Shown piece after piece: positions 40,514-53,740 of a stretch of 64,000 nucleotides of DNA; position 1 is the stretch's first letter; every line of letters starts with the position of its first letter. The stretch lies in assembly GCA_964016885.1 (NCBI GenBank), contig OZ024740.1, positions 202,058,001 through 202,122,000 on the forward strand, in the 5' to 3' direction. Made by a program: the position numbers and the translations under genes. The notes under the pieces were generated by a model that did not search any database, was not told where the DNA came from, and was given only the letters and a program-made list of their open reading frames with translations. The stretch is from Eledone cirrhosa. Its lineage: Eukaryota.

Positions 40514-40640
40514 TGTATCATAGAACCAAAGATGGTCTCAATCAGTTTGGTATCATAGAACCAAAGATGGTCTCAATCAGTTTGGTATCATAGAACCAAA
40601 GATGGTTTCAGTCATTTTGGTATCATAGAACCAAAGATGG
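40514..40640. repeat. 35-bp tandem repeat, ~3.6 copies
   Basis: gtatcatagaaccaaagatggtctcaatcagtttg repeated, near a MITE terminus. Confidence 0.9.
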
Positions 40641-40917
40641 TCTCAGTCAGTTTGGTATCAGAAGAGTTAATTCAAATCAATACAGGATTTTATAGAATAA
40701 ATTATAATAAAGAAAAAAATATACTTTTGTCTGATTTTCTAATATTCTTTTATTCTTATAATCTTTTGTGTTACTGCTTCCATTCATTAGATTGCAGCCA
40801 TGCTGGGGCATTGCCTTTAAGGAATTTAGTCATTCCAGTACTTATTTTTTCCAATTCTAGTAATTATTTTATCGATCGCTTTTTGCTGAACCAGATGCAG
40901 ACAGACAGACACACACG

Positions 40918-40959
<42 letters not shown>

Positions 40960-41467
40960 CCATCATTTAATGTCCATTTGCAAATGAGCAAGTGTTGGAC
41001 AGATTTTCACAGACCAAATCAGTATTTAATTGACCATCTCTGACTAAGTACAGATATGGTCTGCTAACAGGGAAAATGGATATATCATCATCATTTCATA
41101 ATCATCATCATTTTACGTCTGTTATTCCATGCTAGCATGAGATGGACAGATCGTTCTCAGTATAGTATCTTTCCACTTGTCACATTCCTTTGTCATCTCC
41201 TCTGTTAGCTCAATCTGAGATCAGCTCTCACCACTTTCATCCAGGTTTTCCTTGGTCTTCCTCTACTGTTTCCTTCCACTGAGATTACTTGGTGCTTCTT
41301 CACCCAGCTATCATCATCCATGTGCATCACAAGTCCAGACCAGTGCAGTCTCCTCTCCTGCACACTACTTCTGATTCCTCTTATACCCAACTTCTCCCTC
41401 AGTTATACACACACACGCACATATATATAATGTACAAAGCCGAATTTTCAACCTTTTGATGTGCTGA

Positions 41468-41500
<33 letters not shown>

Positions 41501-41506
<6 letters not shown>

Positions 41507-41709
41507 TATAAAGAAAATGCTCAAGCACAGAAATGCTATAAAGATAGCTTATAAAATAGGGTGAACACCCTTAAACAACGGAAAAAGAAGTTGCCATCGG
41601 CCACTATGAACAATGGCAACTTTTTTTTCCATCTTTTAAAGGTGTTCACCCTATTTTATAAGCTATCTTTATAGCATTTCTGCACTTGAGCACTTTCTTT
41701 ATACTTATA
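41501..41709. repeat. 97-bp-arm inverted repeat within (TA)n
   Basis: 41501-41597 vs 41613-41709 with scattered mismatches. Confidence 0.92.
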
Positions 41710-41899
41710 TATATATATATATATATATACATATACATATGTATGTATAACAGGCTTCTCCAAAGTGTGTGTTTATCAAACCTCATTCACAAAGCATTAG
41801 TCATGGCAATGGTAGAAGACACTTGTTCATAGTGACACACAGTGGAAGTGAACCCTAGACCATGTGGTTGTGAAGTGAACTACACAGCTTTGCCTGTAG

Positions 41900-42430
41900 C
41901 CATGGAGAATTATAATTATTATGTGTAAGAATTGCAGGAGTTGGTGCAGTATTGCACCAGCTTCAGCATTCATTAAACAGAAGAAGGGAAATAGAAGTAA
42001 AAGCAAAACTCAATATCTTCAATTTGGTATTCATGCCAACCCTTATCTATGGTCATGAATCTTGGGTAATGACCGAAAGAATATGATCCTGAATAATAGC
42101 AGCCAAAATGGGGTGCCTCTGAAGGGTCTTTGGAGTAACGTTACTCAATAGAGTGCATAGCTTGGAGATCAGAGAGTCACTACAGGTAGAGCCACTACTT
42201 CTCCAAATTGAGATATCACAGTTCTGATACTATGGGCATGTGGTTAGAATGTCTCAGGAAAGAATTGCTGAACAGATTTTATGGGCAAAACCAACTGGCA
42301 AGTGGTTGGATAATATCCATGAGCTTGGCTGGTCACACTTGGTGACCCAGCCAGATCAGTTGGAAACAGTTGCTTCTGATAGGACTCACTGGGGGAGTGT
42401 TTGAGGACTCTGCCCCCATGACCCTCTCAG
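41900..42430 (+). mobile_element. RTE-clade LINE 3' fragment (second subfamily)
   Basis: KAKLNIFNLVFMPTLIYGHESWVMTER...YYGHVVRM; related minus fragments at 46120-46450 and 48280-48830. Confidence 0.75.
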
Positions 42431-44036
42431 GAATATCACCAACACTAAAGAGGTTATTATTCCTTTGGCAGAACTGAAGTGTCCTCCCTGCTTATTATTG
42501 GCATGGATAGGGCGGTGGATTGGCAGTATTGGTAGAGCATCGTACACTTTGCTTTGAGACATATAGTTACGGCCCTTTATGATTTGAATACCAAGGTTAG
42601 CTTTGCCTTTCATCCTTACAGGGTCGATAAAATAAAGTACCAGTAATGCACTGAGGTGAGGGTGATTTAATCAACTTTCCCTGCCCCAAAATTGTTGGTC
42701 TTGTGCCTAAATCAGAAACTATTATTGGCATGGTTTCTACTACAGGATGCCCTTCCTTTTACCAATCACCTTATAGGGTGTACTGCATGCATCTTATGTG
42801 GCACCAGCAGTAAATAGGTTGTTATATCATGACCAAAGGATCCTCTAAACCCTTTTGGTATGGTTTCTTTGACTTGTGTGTGTGAATTATCATAGCACCA
42901 GTACTAAGGATGTTGTCAGCCATGGTGTGTGTGTGTGGGGGGGGGGGGTAAATAACTACAGGGGAAGTGATAACAAATATGACAGGGTGTATGACAGGTG
43001 AGATAGAGTTCAAAGGGATTATATGAGAGAGAGGAGGAGTGAGAAAGTATGTCATAGGAATATAATAAGTGTGATGGAGTTTCAAAGGGTAATTGGAAGG
43101 AAGAGAGGGGTGACAGTCTTGGATGGAGGGGGGGGGGGGGGGGTACTGTTATATTTAGTACAGCTATGATTGATGCGTTTCGATTTAAAAGAGGGGAATC
43201 CTGGCTTGACTATGTTGGGTAGAGAGGACCTCTTAGTCTTGTCAAGGACAAGACAATCCATCTAGTGCTGGTGGCATGATAAAATGCACCCAGTGCACTG
43301 TAGAAGATGATTGGTATTAGGAAGGGCATCTAGCTGTAGAAACATTGCCAAAATGTTGAATGTATAAGCATGATGTTTGCCAAACTGTCTAAGATGACAG
43401 TAATTCTGAATAAGAACTGAGCTGGACCATGAAAACCCATCCAACCCATGCCAGAATGGAAAGCAGATGTAAATTGATGTTGATAATGATATATATATAT
43501 ATTATGTTGGTACCACAAAACATCCAAACCACACTGTAAAGTGGTCGTGTAAGAGACACGGCAAAAAGCACCCAGCACACACTGTACATGTGTGGTTAGT
43601 GTTAGGAAGGGCACCCAGCCATAGAAAATCAGCCAGAAACAGTCCCATATGAGCGAGACATGGTCACCCAACCCAACTAAATGGGGCAACCAGTCTAACC
43701 CATGCTAGCATGAAAGGTAGACGTTAAACGATAATGATGAAGATGATGATGAATGATGTTTTTTCTCAATGTTTCCTTCTTAACTCACTCCACTTTCTCT
43801 CCCATATATTTAAGTCAAATTTGATAATTTTTGAATTACTTATTTCTTTTAACCAAATTTTTTTTTCAATTTGTATTTTAGGACTTCACTTGCTTCTAAA
43901 GTTCCTCAAAGATTTGGTTGTCATTGTTATTTTTGTGGAAAATAAGGAAGTTGTTTCGTATCCTTCATCTGTTACTTCCTCACCAAATCTGAAAATTAGC
44001 TGACCTTTATTTTAAAGGTACCCCATAAAAAGCAGC

Positions 44037-44346
44037 ATGATGCAGACAGACGATCCTTACATGTTTATGAGAGGCAGTGAGTCCTTCTCCCCCAGTGTCT
44101 TTCCTGACCCAAAATCGTCAACTTCTGCTTCAACTTCATCAACAACACCTTCAACTGCTGGAATTGCACCTTTGGACAAGAAACCTTTCAAATGTTCTCA
44201 TTGTTCGAAGGCTTTTCTCTACAGCAGCAGCCTCACGGCTCACGAGATGATGATGCATCGTTCCGATTTGCCGTATGAGTGCCGCGATTGTGGGAGACGA
44301 TTTTCTCTCAACACTCACCTAGAACGCCATCAGATGATACACACTG
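44037..44346 (+). CDS. C2H2 zinc-finger protein, first recognisable coding exon (Ser/Thr-rich N-terminus, fingers 1-2)
   Basis: KPFKCSHCSKAFLYSSSLTAHEMMMH and YECRDCGRRFSLNTHLERHQMIHTG; donor G|gtaaga at 44346/44347 (phase 1); candidate acceptors at 43881 and 44017. Confidence 0.88.
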
Positions 44347-46999
44347 GTAAGATATGTCTTTAATTCATTTCTATGTTTTATTTAAACTTGAAACAATTTA
44401 AATAGTTAACCCATCTGATACTAACCAGCCTGGGGCAACCTCTGGTACTAAGTCTACTATATTAAAATGTTCATATTTAAATTAACATTTTTGAACATCA
44501 TTTCATGTAAGACATTTTCTACTAGTTATGTTCTAAATATCAGCTTAACCCTTCTCTTGCCATTGCCTGAAAATAATCAAGAATTTGAAGGGATTTAGTA
44601 ATGTAACTTACTTTCTTTTTTTTTAAATCAATAAATATTTATTCTCAATACAAGTTTTATTCTCAATACAACTCACAAAGTTGGCTTTAAAAACCATTGA
44701 TAATTATATAAATATGAACAAGAAAGATAAAAACAAAAATTAAGTAATGAAAAGAGTTTGGCTGTATGGGAAAGTAGTCGAAAGGACTATAAATGCCATA
44801 AATGAGAGGAAAAGGAGGGAAAAAGCAAGGATTCTTGGGCCACAGAAGAAAGGGCAGGGTAGTGTTTGGGCTGTGCTTTGCAGACAAAACTACAAAGGCA
44901 TTTCCGTAGACACCCACTGCAACAGCCACTCCACCTTGTGGGGTTCCTTCCTCAGATGGGCTGCTGATGTTCTGACTTTGCAGAGGAGCTCAGCAGTATG
45001 GGGTCCAAGGATGCTTGAGGCCTTGACAGTGACCAGTGCAAAGAGGAAGTGGCTGGAGAAGCACGTGTTAATTTGGTGTTTGAAACGACTTAAAATTGTG
45101 ATGGAAGATTTTGAGATAAATTTAAATACTTTAAAATAATCAGTTTTGTGTCAGAGACCTAGGGGCAGTTTTAGGTGGTTTCATATCAAAACAGCTAATA
45201 ATGAAAAAGTATTTTTAATTTAATTCCCCAAAAATTCTTGATTATTTTCTAAATTGATACAAACAGATAGGCAGCATATTTCTCAAGAACTGTGGTCATG
45301 AAATGATTAACAACCATTTATTAACAGGAAAATTAGTTTTGTGTTTTTGTGAACAAGTTTCCATTTTTTTGTCTAGTTTAACTCTTTCAATACCAACCTG
45401 CTTCAGATTGTTCATAATTCTATGATATGAAATTTCTTGTTTTAACAGTGTTTATATTCTGCCTGGAGTTGTGACTGCTAGATAGTATTAGCAATTGGAA
45501 AGACCAATAGAAGCATTGTTTCCTTGGCCTGATCTGACGAGTTCCACCTCACTCAGTAAACAAATGAGGTCTAGGATCTTGTTAATTTGGATTATATATT
45601 ACATATATTCAAATTAAAACTTTCCATCATAATTTTATGTAAGAATATTTGTTATGTTCCAAATATTACTTTAATAATGACAAATTTAGATATTTTACTA
45701 AATCTTTCTAAATTCTTGGTTATTTTCTTTTTTTTTTTAAAGTAACAATTGTTTTATTTCAAAATACTCAAATATATTCTTAAGATAAAATTGCATAAAA
45801 ATAATAAATAATTTAATATTTAGTCAAACATATAGAAAAAGAAAGCAGTATTGGAAAGGACTATAAATGCCATAAATGAGAGTGAAAGGAGAAGGACAAG
45901 GACTATTAGGTAATGGAAGAAAGAAAGGGGGAAGGAGAGAGTGTGACATATTCTACACCTAAGTCAGAGCGGTGTTTCGGCTGCGTCCTGTGGACAAAAT
46001 GGCAAAGGTATTTCTGCAGACACTGGCCAGTGACAGCCACTGCAGCAGCCACCCCACCTCACAGGTCTCCTTCTTCAGATGAACTGCTGTCATTCTTCTT
46101 TTACTTTGTCCACATGTTTCTGAGAGAGTCATGGGGGTAGAGTTTTCAAACAACCCTTCCAGTGGGTCAGAAGCAACCTTCTCCAACTGATCTGTCTGGA
46201 TCCTCAAGTGTGACCAGCCTAGCTTATTGATATTATCCAACATTCTTGCTCAGGGTCTACTCCTGGATCTGCTGCCAATTGGTTTTGCCCGTAAAATCTG
46301 TCCAGCGATTCTTTCCTGAGACATTCTAACCACATCCCTATAGTATCAGAGCAATGATCTCTCAATTCAGAGAAGTAGCAGCTCTACCTGGAGTGACTCT
46401 CTAATCTCTGAGTTACACACTCTGTCGAGTAACATTACTCCAAAGTCCTTTGTGAATCTTGCTGTCATTCTGATTTACATAATTATTTGAAACACATAAA
46501 TAGAGTCTTTCATTAGAAATATGGTACAAAAGAGTTAACGTTTGTAAGTACAGGTACATGACCAATTTTCTGTCACTCTTTGTTTGAAATACATGTCAGA
46601 TTATTTCTTTTCGCCACCTGACAACTAATTAGACGAGGAATTTCCCCAAATCATTATGTAAGACCCTTTTCTTATCTTATGTACTAAACACCATTTTAGT
46701 TATGGCTTTAAAATGGCCCGCCATTGCTCAGGGTTCTAAACATAGATTGGCATGTTTATCATGTTCACCAATTGATGCAGAAGTCCTAATAAAAAGTGAA
46801 GTTGCCTTGGGTGAATAGGCAAATAATTTTCCATTGAGATTTTTCAAAAGCATTTAATTGCATTCCCTCTCTTTTTTGTTGTTGTTTTTGCTGCTGTTTG
46901 TGTGATAGCGGCCGTTGGTCGTACTGCTAACGCAGTCTCATCCTTCTTCAGCCAATCGTGTATATCCCCTTCTGTCTCGTCAGCAATGAGAACAATATT

Positions 47000-47114
47000 T
47001 GCTCCAGGGTTCTTATATATTTGATATATATTTATCCTTATCGAGACTCGTGAAATAAATACGTTTGTTTATATTTTGTTATTGTGTATGCAAAAATATC
47101 TGTACACGAATATA

Positions 47115-47158
<44 letters not shown>

Positions 47159-47831
47159 TAACAGATTAAAGTTTAAGCGAAGAATCGCTGCTTTCACCCT
47201 TAATGGGATCTTCTGAAACTAAAAATATCAATCTGTGAACACAAAAGTAAATATTTCGAAAAACGTTACACACTATATATATATACACACTATATATACA
47301 TATATACACACACACACAGATAGTGTCATAATGTCGTAATGCAGACAGATATTATAAGGGTGCGGCGTTATAGCTCTCAAATGCAGTCCCTAGGACAATG
47401 AAAATTGGAAATATTTTTTACTCAAAACACTCACAGGATCATACATATTACATGTGTAAAGTTTGAAAAAAATCGGTTGGGTGGTTCTCGAGTAGTAGGG
47501 AGTCAGACAGACAGATAAACAGACATTCTCCGTTTTAGATATATCTATATATTTAAAACAGAGAATGACTGTCTATCTGACTCCCTAAAACTCGAGAACC
47601 ACCCAATCGATTGTTTTCAAACTTTACACATGTAATATTTATGATCCTGTGAGTGTTTTGAGCAAAAGATATTTCAAATTTTCAATGCCTTAGGGACCAC
47701 ATTAGGCGATTTAGCGATCTCTCTCTATAATTCTTAGTCTTTCTTTTTAAATAAATACATAGATATAACGTTGCGCCCTTATAATATCTGTCTGTATGTC
47801 TGGCTGTCTGCATTACGACATTATGACGTTG

Positions 47832-47880
<49 letters not shown>

Positions 47881-48186
47881 AAGTGTGTGTGTATATATAT
47901 ATAGTGTGTAACGTTTTTCGAATTATTTACTTCTGCGTTCACAGATGGATTTTTTAGTTTCAGAAAATCCCGTTAAGGGTGAAAGCAGCAATTTTTTGCT
48001 TAAACTTTAATCTGTTATTTTAATATATATATATATATATATATAATTATATATTCGTGTACAGATATTTTTGCATACACAATAACAAAATACAAACAAA
48101 TGTATTTATTTCACGAGGCTCGATAAGGATAAATATATATCAAATATATAAGACAAATCCCGAGCAATGCCGGGCCATTCTGCTAG
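47000..48186. mobile_element. Head-to-head pair of non-autonomous Helitron-like elements forming a ~550-bp-arm inverted repeat
   Basis: Centre agatatatct at 47537-47546; right copy starts TC (47544), has (ctgt)-like repeats and ends with the hairpin cccgagcaatgccggg plus CTAG (48183-48186) before T. Confidence 0.65.
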
Positions 48187-49089
48187 TAGATACTAAATCA
48201 CTTAATTTCTTCTTCTTCTTCTTCTTCTTCTTCTTCTTCTTCTTCTTCTTCTGGGTCTCCTGCTGATTAACTTTAACCTTAAAATCTGTCCAGTGATTCT
48301 TTCCTTAGACATTCTTACCACATGTCCTTAGTACAGGAGCTGTGATCTCTTGATATGGAGAAGTACTGGCTCTACTTGTAGTGACTCCTTGATCGTTGAG
48401 CACTGAACTCTATCTAATAAAATTATACCAAAGACTATTTGGGGAACCCCATTTCGCCTGCTTGTATTCACAATCATATTCTTTTGGTCATTACTCAAGA
48501 TTCATGACCTTAGGTACAAGTAGGCACAAACACTCAATTGTAGATAGTGAATTTAGCTTTTACACCTACCTCCCTTCTGATGACTGAGTGCTATAATTAA
48601 CACATTACTGCACCTGTTCCAGCAATTCTTGCATTTAATTCAACCTCCTGCATTCTCTTACTCATTAAAACAGCCCCAAGATACTTGAACTTTCCCACCT
48701 GCTTCAGTGTAACTCCACTCACATGAAGCACTCACTGTACAGGCTTTCTTGAGAGGACAAATGTATTCACAGCTCTGATTTTCATTCCTGCCATACAATC
48801 AAGAAGTCAAGTTTCACTTAGGGCTGCTATGTCTATGTTGTACTTATTTAAGACCTTTGACACAAGAACTATTTTCTTTTCTAATGAGTCTGTGTTATTC
48901 TGAAGGTTTGGGACATTCCAAGAACTAAAATTTAATGGGATTTTTTGTCTTTGTTCTTATTTGTTTTGACAGTATAGTGGATAACCAGTCAACTGCAGTA
49001 AAATAATAAGTTTTTATGGACATGCAATTTTTTAGACCCATCTAACCAATGCTAACGTGGAAGATAGACATTAATCGATGATGATGATG

Positions 49090-49135
<46 letters not shown>

Positions 49136-49601
49136 TATTTATATATATATAGAAGGAAGTCCTTTTCAGAATGGTCTTGATAAAAAGTGGAGTAAATAAA
49201 TCCCTTGGCCTGCCCACACACTGACTTATTTATAGTGATAATAGCTTGTGTGAGACCATTCACACTTTTTGGTGCTGCCAATACCAATAATTAGTGCAAA
49301 TATGCCACAAGACTGATGAACAGCAGATCTCAAGCTTTCTGTTCAGAGTTTTCCACCTCATGTGGTCAGCTATTGCATCCCAGACACAAACCTGGTATCT
49401 TAATTCTACACACATGCATACACACACATACACACACACACATTTCCATGCATCCATCCATCTGTTACATATATTATTTCCAGTTTTACATATACACACA
49501 CACAGACACACTCATAATATATGCATATTAAAAAGATGAACAATTTTAAAGAAGTAAAAAAGAAATTAACAAAATAATATAAAATCAAAATTAATATATA
49601 T

Positions 49602-52600
49602 ATCATCATCATCATCGTCATTTTACGTCCGCTTTTCCCTGCTTGCAAGGGTGGGATGGGTCTTATTCAGCACAGCATCTCTCCACTCGTCACGGTCCTC
49701 CGTCATCTCCACCGTGAGCTTCAATGATCTGAGGTCTGTTCTCACCACCTCCGCCCATGTTTTTCGTGGTCTACCTCTACCACGTCTTCCTTCAACTGGC
49801 ATTTCCTGGCACTTCTTCACCCATCGGTCATCCTCCATGTGCATCACATGTCCATACCACCTCAGTCTCCTCTCCCGTACACTACATTCTATCCCTCTCA
49901 GACACAGTTTCTCTCTCAACATATTTATGCTGGGTCGTTCACGCACATTTACACTGCACATCCAATGGAGCATGCTTGCCTCATTTCTCTCCAGCCGTCA
50001 CATATCCTCTGCAGTTGCTGCCCATGTCTCACTATCATGCAGCATCGCGCTCCTCACACAGAAATCATACAACCGGCCTTTCATATGCAGGGAGAAACCC
50101 TTCTTCATCAGCAGTGGAAGCAGCTCCCTAAACTTCTTCCAACCCGTCCTTATTCTAGATACTATGGCCTTGGAACACCCTCCTCCCATGCTAATCTGAT
50201 CTCCTAGGTACCGGAAGCTATCCACCACTTCTATAGCACCCTCCTGCATTTGAAAAATGTGTCTATCAATGCGACTTCTACTGTCTAATTTCCCTGTACA
50301 TCTATTGCATACATATTTCTCCCTACCTATTAGTTTGCCTGCTATCCCACTACATCTCTTGTGTACCCAGGATCTGCATTGTGTGCATTTTATAGAATTT
50401 ATGCCAGTTCCTTTTCTGCATATCGAACATGGCCATTTCCCTGACGGAATCAGAGTTTTGTCCTCTTTTCTACTCATCAACACTTTTGTCTTAGCTAGGT
50501 TCACTCTCAGTCCTCTTGCTTCCAACTGCTGTTTCCATAGCCAGAATTTATTCTCTAGCTCCTCTACTGATTCTGCTATAAGAACCAGATCGTCAGCATA
50601 GAGAAGTTCCCATCGACAGCCAGTCTTAAACTCGTCTGTTATGGCTTGGAGGACTATAATGAACAAGAGCGGGCTGAGGACCGAACCTTGATGTACTCCT
50701 ACTTGTATCTGGAATTCCTCACTAAACTCCATTCCTACCCTGACTTTACTGAGAGTACCTCTGTACAAAGTTTGCACTGTCCTCACAAGCCATTCCTCAA
50801 CACCTAGCTTCCTTAGGGACCACCAGATGACAGATCGGGGTACCCTATCAAAGGCCTTCTCTAGGTCAACAAAGGTTAAGTATAGTGGCTTATTTTTCTC
50901 TAAGAACCTCTCTTGCAATTGTCTCACCAAGAAGAGGGCATCTGTTGTACTCTTCCCAGGCACAAAACCAAACTGCATCTCATCTAGTTTGACCCTTTCT
51001 CTAATTAGTTGTGCTAATATCCTTTCTGCCACTTTCATAACCTGATCCATCAGTTTTATACCCCTATAATTGCTCCTCTCCAGAGCATCCCCTTTACCTT
51101 TGTAGCAATTTATGAGAATACTGCTGCACCAGTCTTTGGGTATGACACCACCATATATAGCCTGATTGATGATGCGTGCAACCAGTTTAGTGCCTACGTC
51201 CCCTGATGCCTTCAGCATCTCAGCAACTATTCCCGATGGTCCAGCAGCCTTACCATTTTTTTATTTCCTTAATCGCCTCTTGGACCCTATATTTGTCAAT
51301 CTCAATAGCTGGTCCCTCTGTCGGATCTACTAAGGGTAATTTCTCTCTCTCCCATTCGTTCTCCACATTCATCAGTCTCTCATAATGACATTTCCAGGCC
51401 TCCTTTTTCTGATCATTCGTGACACTAAGTACACCGGCATCATCCCGGACACATTTATCTCCAACAACATCCTGATTTGCATTGACACACTGCCTTGCAA
51501 TGTGGAACACCGCACGTCTCTGATTTTCCCGTCACAGAACATTGGCAAACCTCCTACTCTCCACCTCCCTGCGTGCTAAGTACACCTGACGTCTAGCTTC
51601 TCTCTTAGTGGCTGTATATTCTTCCCTACACCCACCCTTTTTCCAAGCCTTCCATGCTAGTATTTTGTCTCTAATGGCCTTATCTACTGTGCTGTTCCAC
51701 CACCAGGTCACTCTCTGTCTGGTTGGAGCTCTGCTCCAGCCACAAGTTTCATCAGTAGCCTGCAGCAAGTTGTCATGTAAGAAATTCCAGTTATTATCTA
51801 TGTCATACCTCTCTAAATCGTCTTCTTTTTCGTCATATACATCTTGAAGGGCTTTCCTAAATTTGTATTTTAGTGAAAGGTCTTTTAGCTTCCAGACCTT
51901 TCTTCTCCAGACCTTCCTGTATGTCTCATTCCATCTCTTGCTTACTGAGATATCACTAACGACTAACCTATGCTGTGGGGTACATTCTTCCCCAGAGTAT
52001 GCCTTGGTATTAGACACTATCTGCCTGTCCCACTGCCTAACTAGTAAGAAGTCAATCTGGCTTGTGTGCTCACCAGATTTGTAGGTTATTAGGTGATTGG
52101 CAGGTTTCTGGAAGTTTGTGTTGCAAATAGTCAATGTACCTGCATTACAAAATTCAAGAAGTCTCACTCCTTCTTCATTTCTTGAGCCGTAACCATGCCC
52201 ACCATGTACCCCAGTGTAACCATCCTGGAGCTGTCCAACATGACCATTGAAGTCTCCTGCTAGCATAACGATGTCTCCGTTCTCTGTCATTGCAGTTGTT
52301 TGTAAAAGTTGCTTGTAAAAGCAGTCTTTCTCATCTTTGCCTAGGCCTGCTTGGGGAGCATAGGCAGAGATGATTGTCAGTAGTTTCCTGCCTACAACTA
52401 ATCTAAGCTTAATTATTCGATTACTAACTCGAACTACCTCTATTGTCTTATTGATCCATTTCTCAGCCAGGAAAATGCCTACTCCCCCTAACCCATCATC
52501 CTTACCTACCCAGAATAGCTTATAGCTAAGACGTTTGCCTACAACTAGTCTCGCAGAGGCACCTCTCCATCTCACCTCTTGCACGCAGCACACATCCACA

Positions 52601-52880
52601 TGCTTTCTCTCCAGCATCTCCGCTATTTCAGCAGATCTACCTCTGAGAGTGCCAACATTAAGTGTTGCAACTCTGAGATGCGATGTCTTCATATTTTGTT
52701 GTTGTTCCTATTTGTTGCTGTGCTGATAAGCGTTTTGACATTGATACACTGGTTGGATGCCCTTCCTAACACCAGCGCCACTTTACAGCATGGACTGGGT
52801 GCTTTTATTTGTGCCACCAGCACTAGAGAGGATGTCTTACTAGACTCAAGGGCCCTCTCTACCCCTCCATTTTACAGCAT
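49602..52880 (-). mobile_element. Near full-length RTE-clade LINE, antisense in the ZNF intron (5' limit approximate)
   Basis: Single APE+RT ORF, short 5' UTR, (GAT)n 3' tail. Confidence 0.93.
49623..52692 (-). pseudogene. RTE ORF (APE endonuclease, RT, PHD-like finger) with two in-frame TGA stops and one frameshift
   Basis: ATLNVGT, CVQEVRW, SAYAPQ, GDFNGHVG, SQIDF, NYRGIKL, FVDLEKAFDRVP, VHQGSVLSP, LLYADDL; TGA at 51532 and 49998; A-run frameshift near 51256. Confidence 0.92.
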
Positions 52881-53622
52881 GGTCATTAAAAAAAAAACAA
52901 AAAAAAACACTTATTGACACAACACACACACACACACTCACACACCAACACTCATGCATACAAACCACAAACACACACGCCACTCACATACCAACACTCA
53001 TTCATGCATACAAACACACACACCACTCACAAACACACACATATATATATATATATATATATTACCGGCAGTACTGATACAAAATCAAAATCATCTATAT
53101 ATATATAAATGTAGATGATAGGGACTGGGGTCCCTATCATTCCACTGTAAAGTGGACGTGTAGGTGCCACGGGAAAAAAAAAAGCACCCAGCACTCACTG
53201 TAAATGAGGTTGATGTTAGGAAGGGCATCCAGCTGTAGAAATCAAGCCAGAATCAGTTCCCGTCCCACCCTTGCAAGCAGGGAAAAAGCGGACATAAAAT
53301 GAAAAATGAAATGATAACAAAGAAAGTGTGGTAAGAAACCAGGTGGACCATAATGTACTCAATACTTAGAGTAGTAGAGTGGGTAATAGGAAAAGAGTCA
53401 GGGCCACTTTGACAGCTAAATTCGAATCTAGCTGTCCTGACTCTTTTCCTATATATATGTATATATATATAGGAGGTGAGTTTTATTGTAGCACAATAAA
53501 GCAAAGCAAATATCGGATAAGTAGCACTCAACAGTTTATTGGACTGGAATATATATAAGAATATTGATTAGACACTACCTTGCTCACAAGTGTTATTTTT
53601 TAAGCTTCATATCATGTCTCCC

Positions 53623-53693
53623 TATTTTATCTGATGTGAACGCAAATATCGTCCCAGGATGATATTTGTTTTTGAAATGCGCATAATAAAATA
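53623..53693 (+). ncRNA. Hammerhead motif with A9 to U core substitution
   Basis: tattttat CTGATGT gaac-gcaaatatcgtcc-ca-ggatgatatttgt-tttt GAAA tgcgca TA ataaaata. Confidence 0.55.
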
Positions 53694-53740
53694 CATGGAA
53701 CTTTTTTAACCATCTTTTAATTTCTTCTTATATGTATATA

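Noticed and set aside
49651-50199. 182-aa plus-strand ORF and other ORFs antisense to LINEs
   Set aside because: Shadow frames of the RTE and Tx1 coding strands with no independent motifs.
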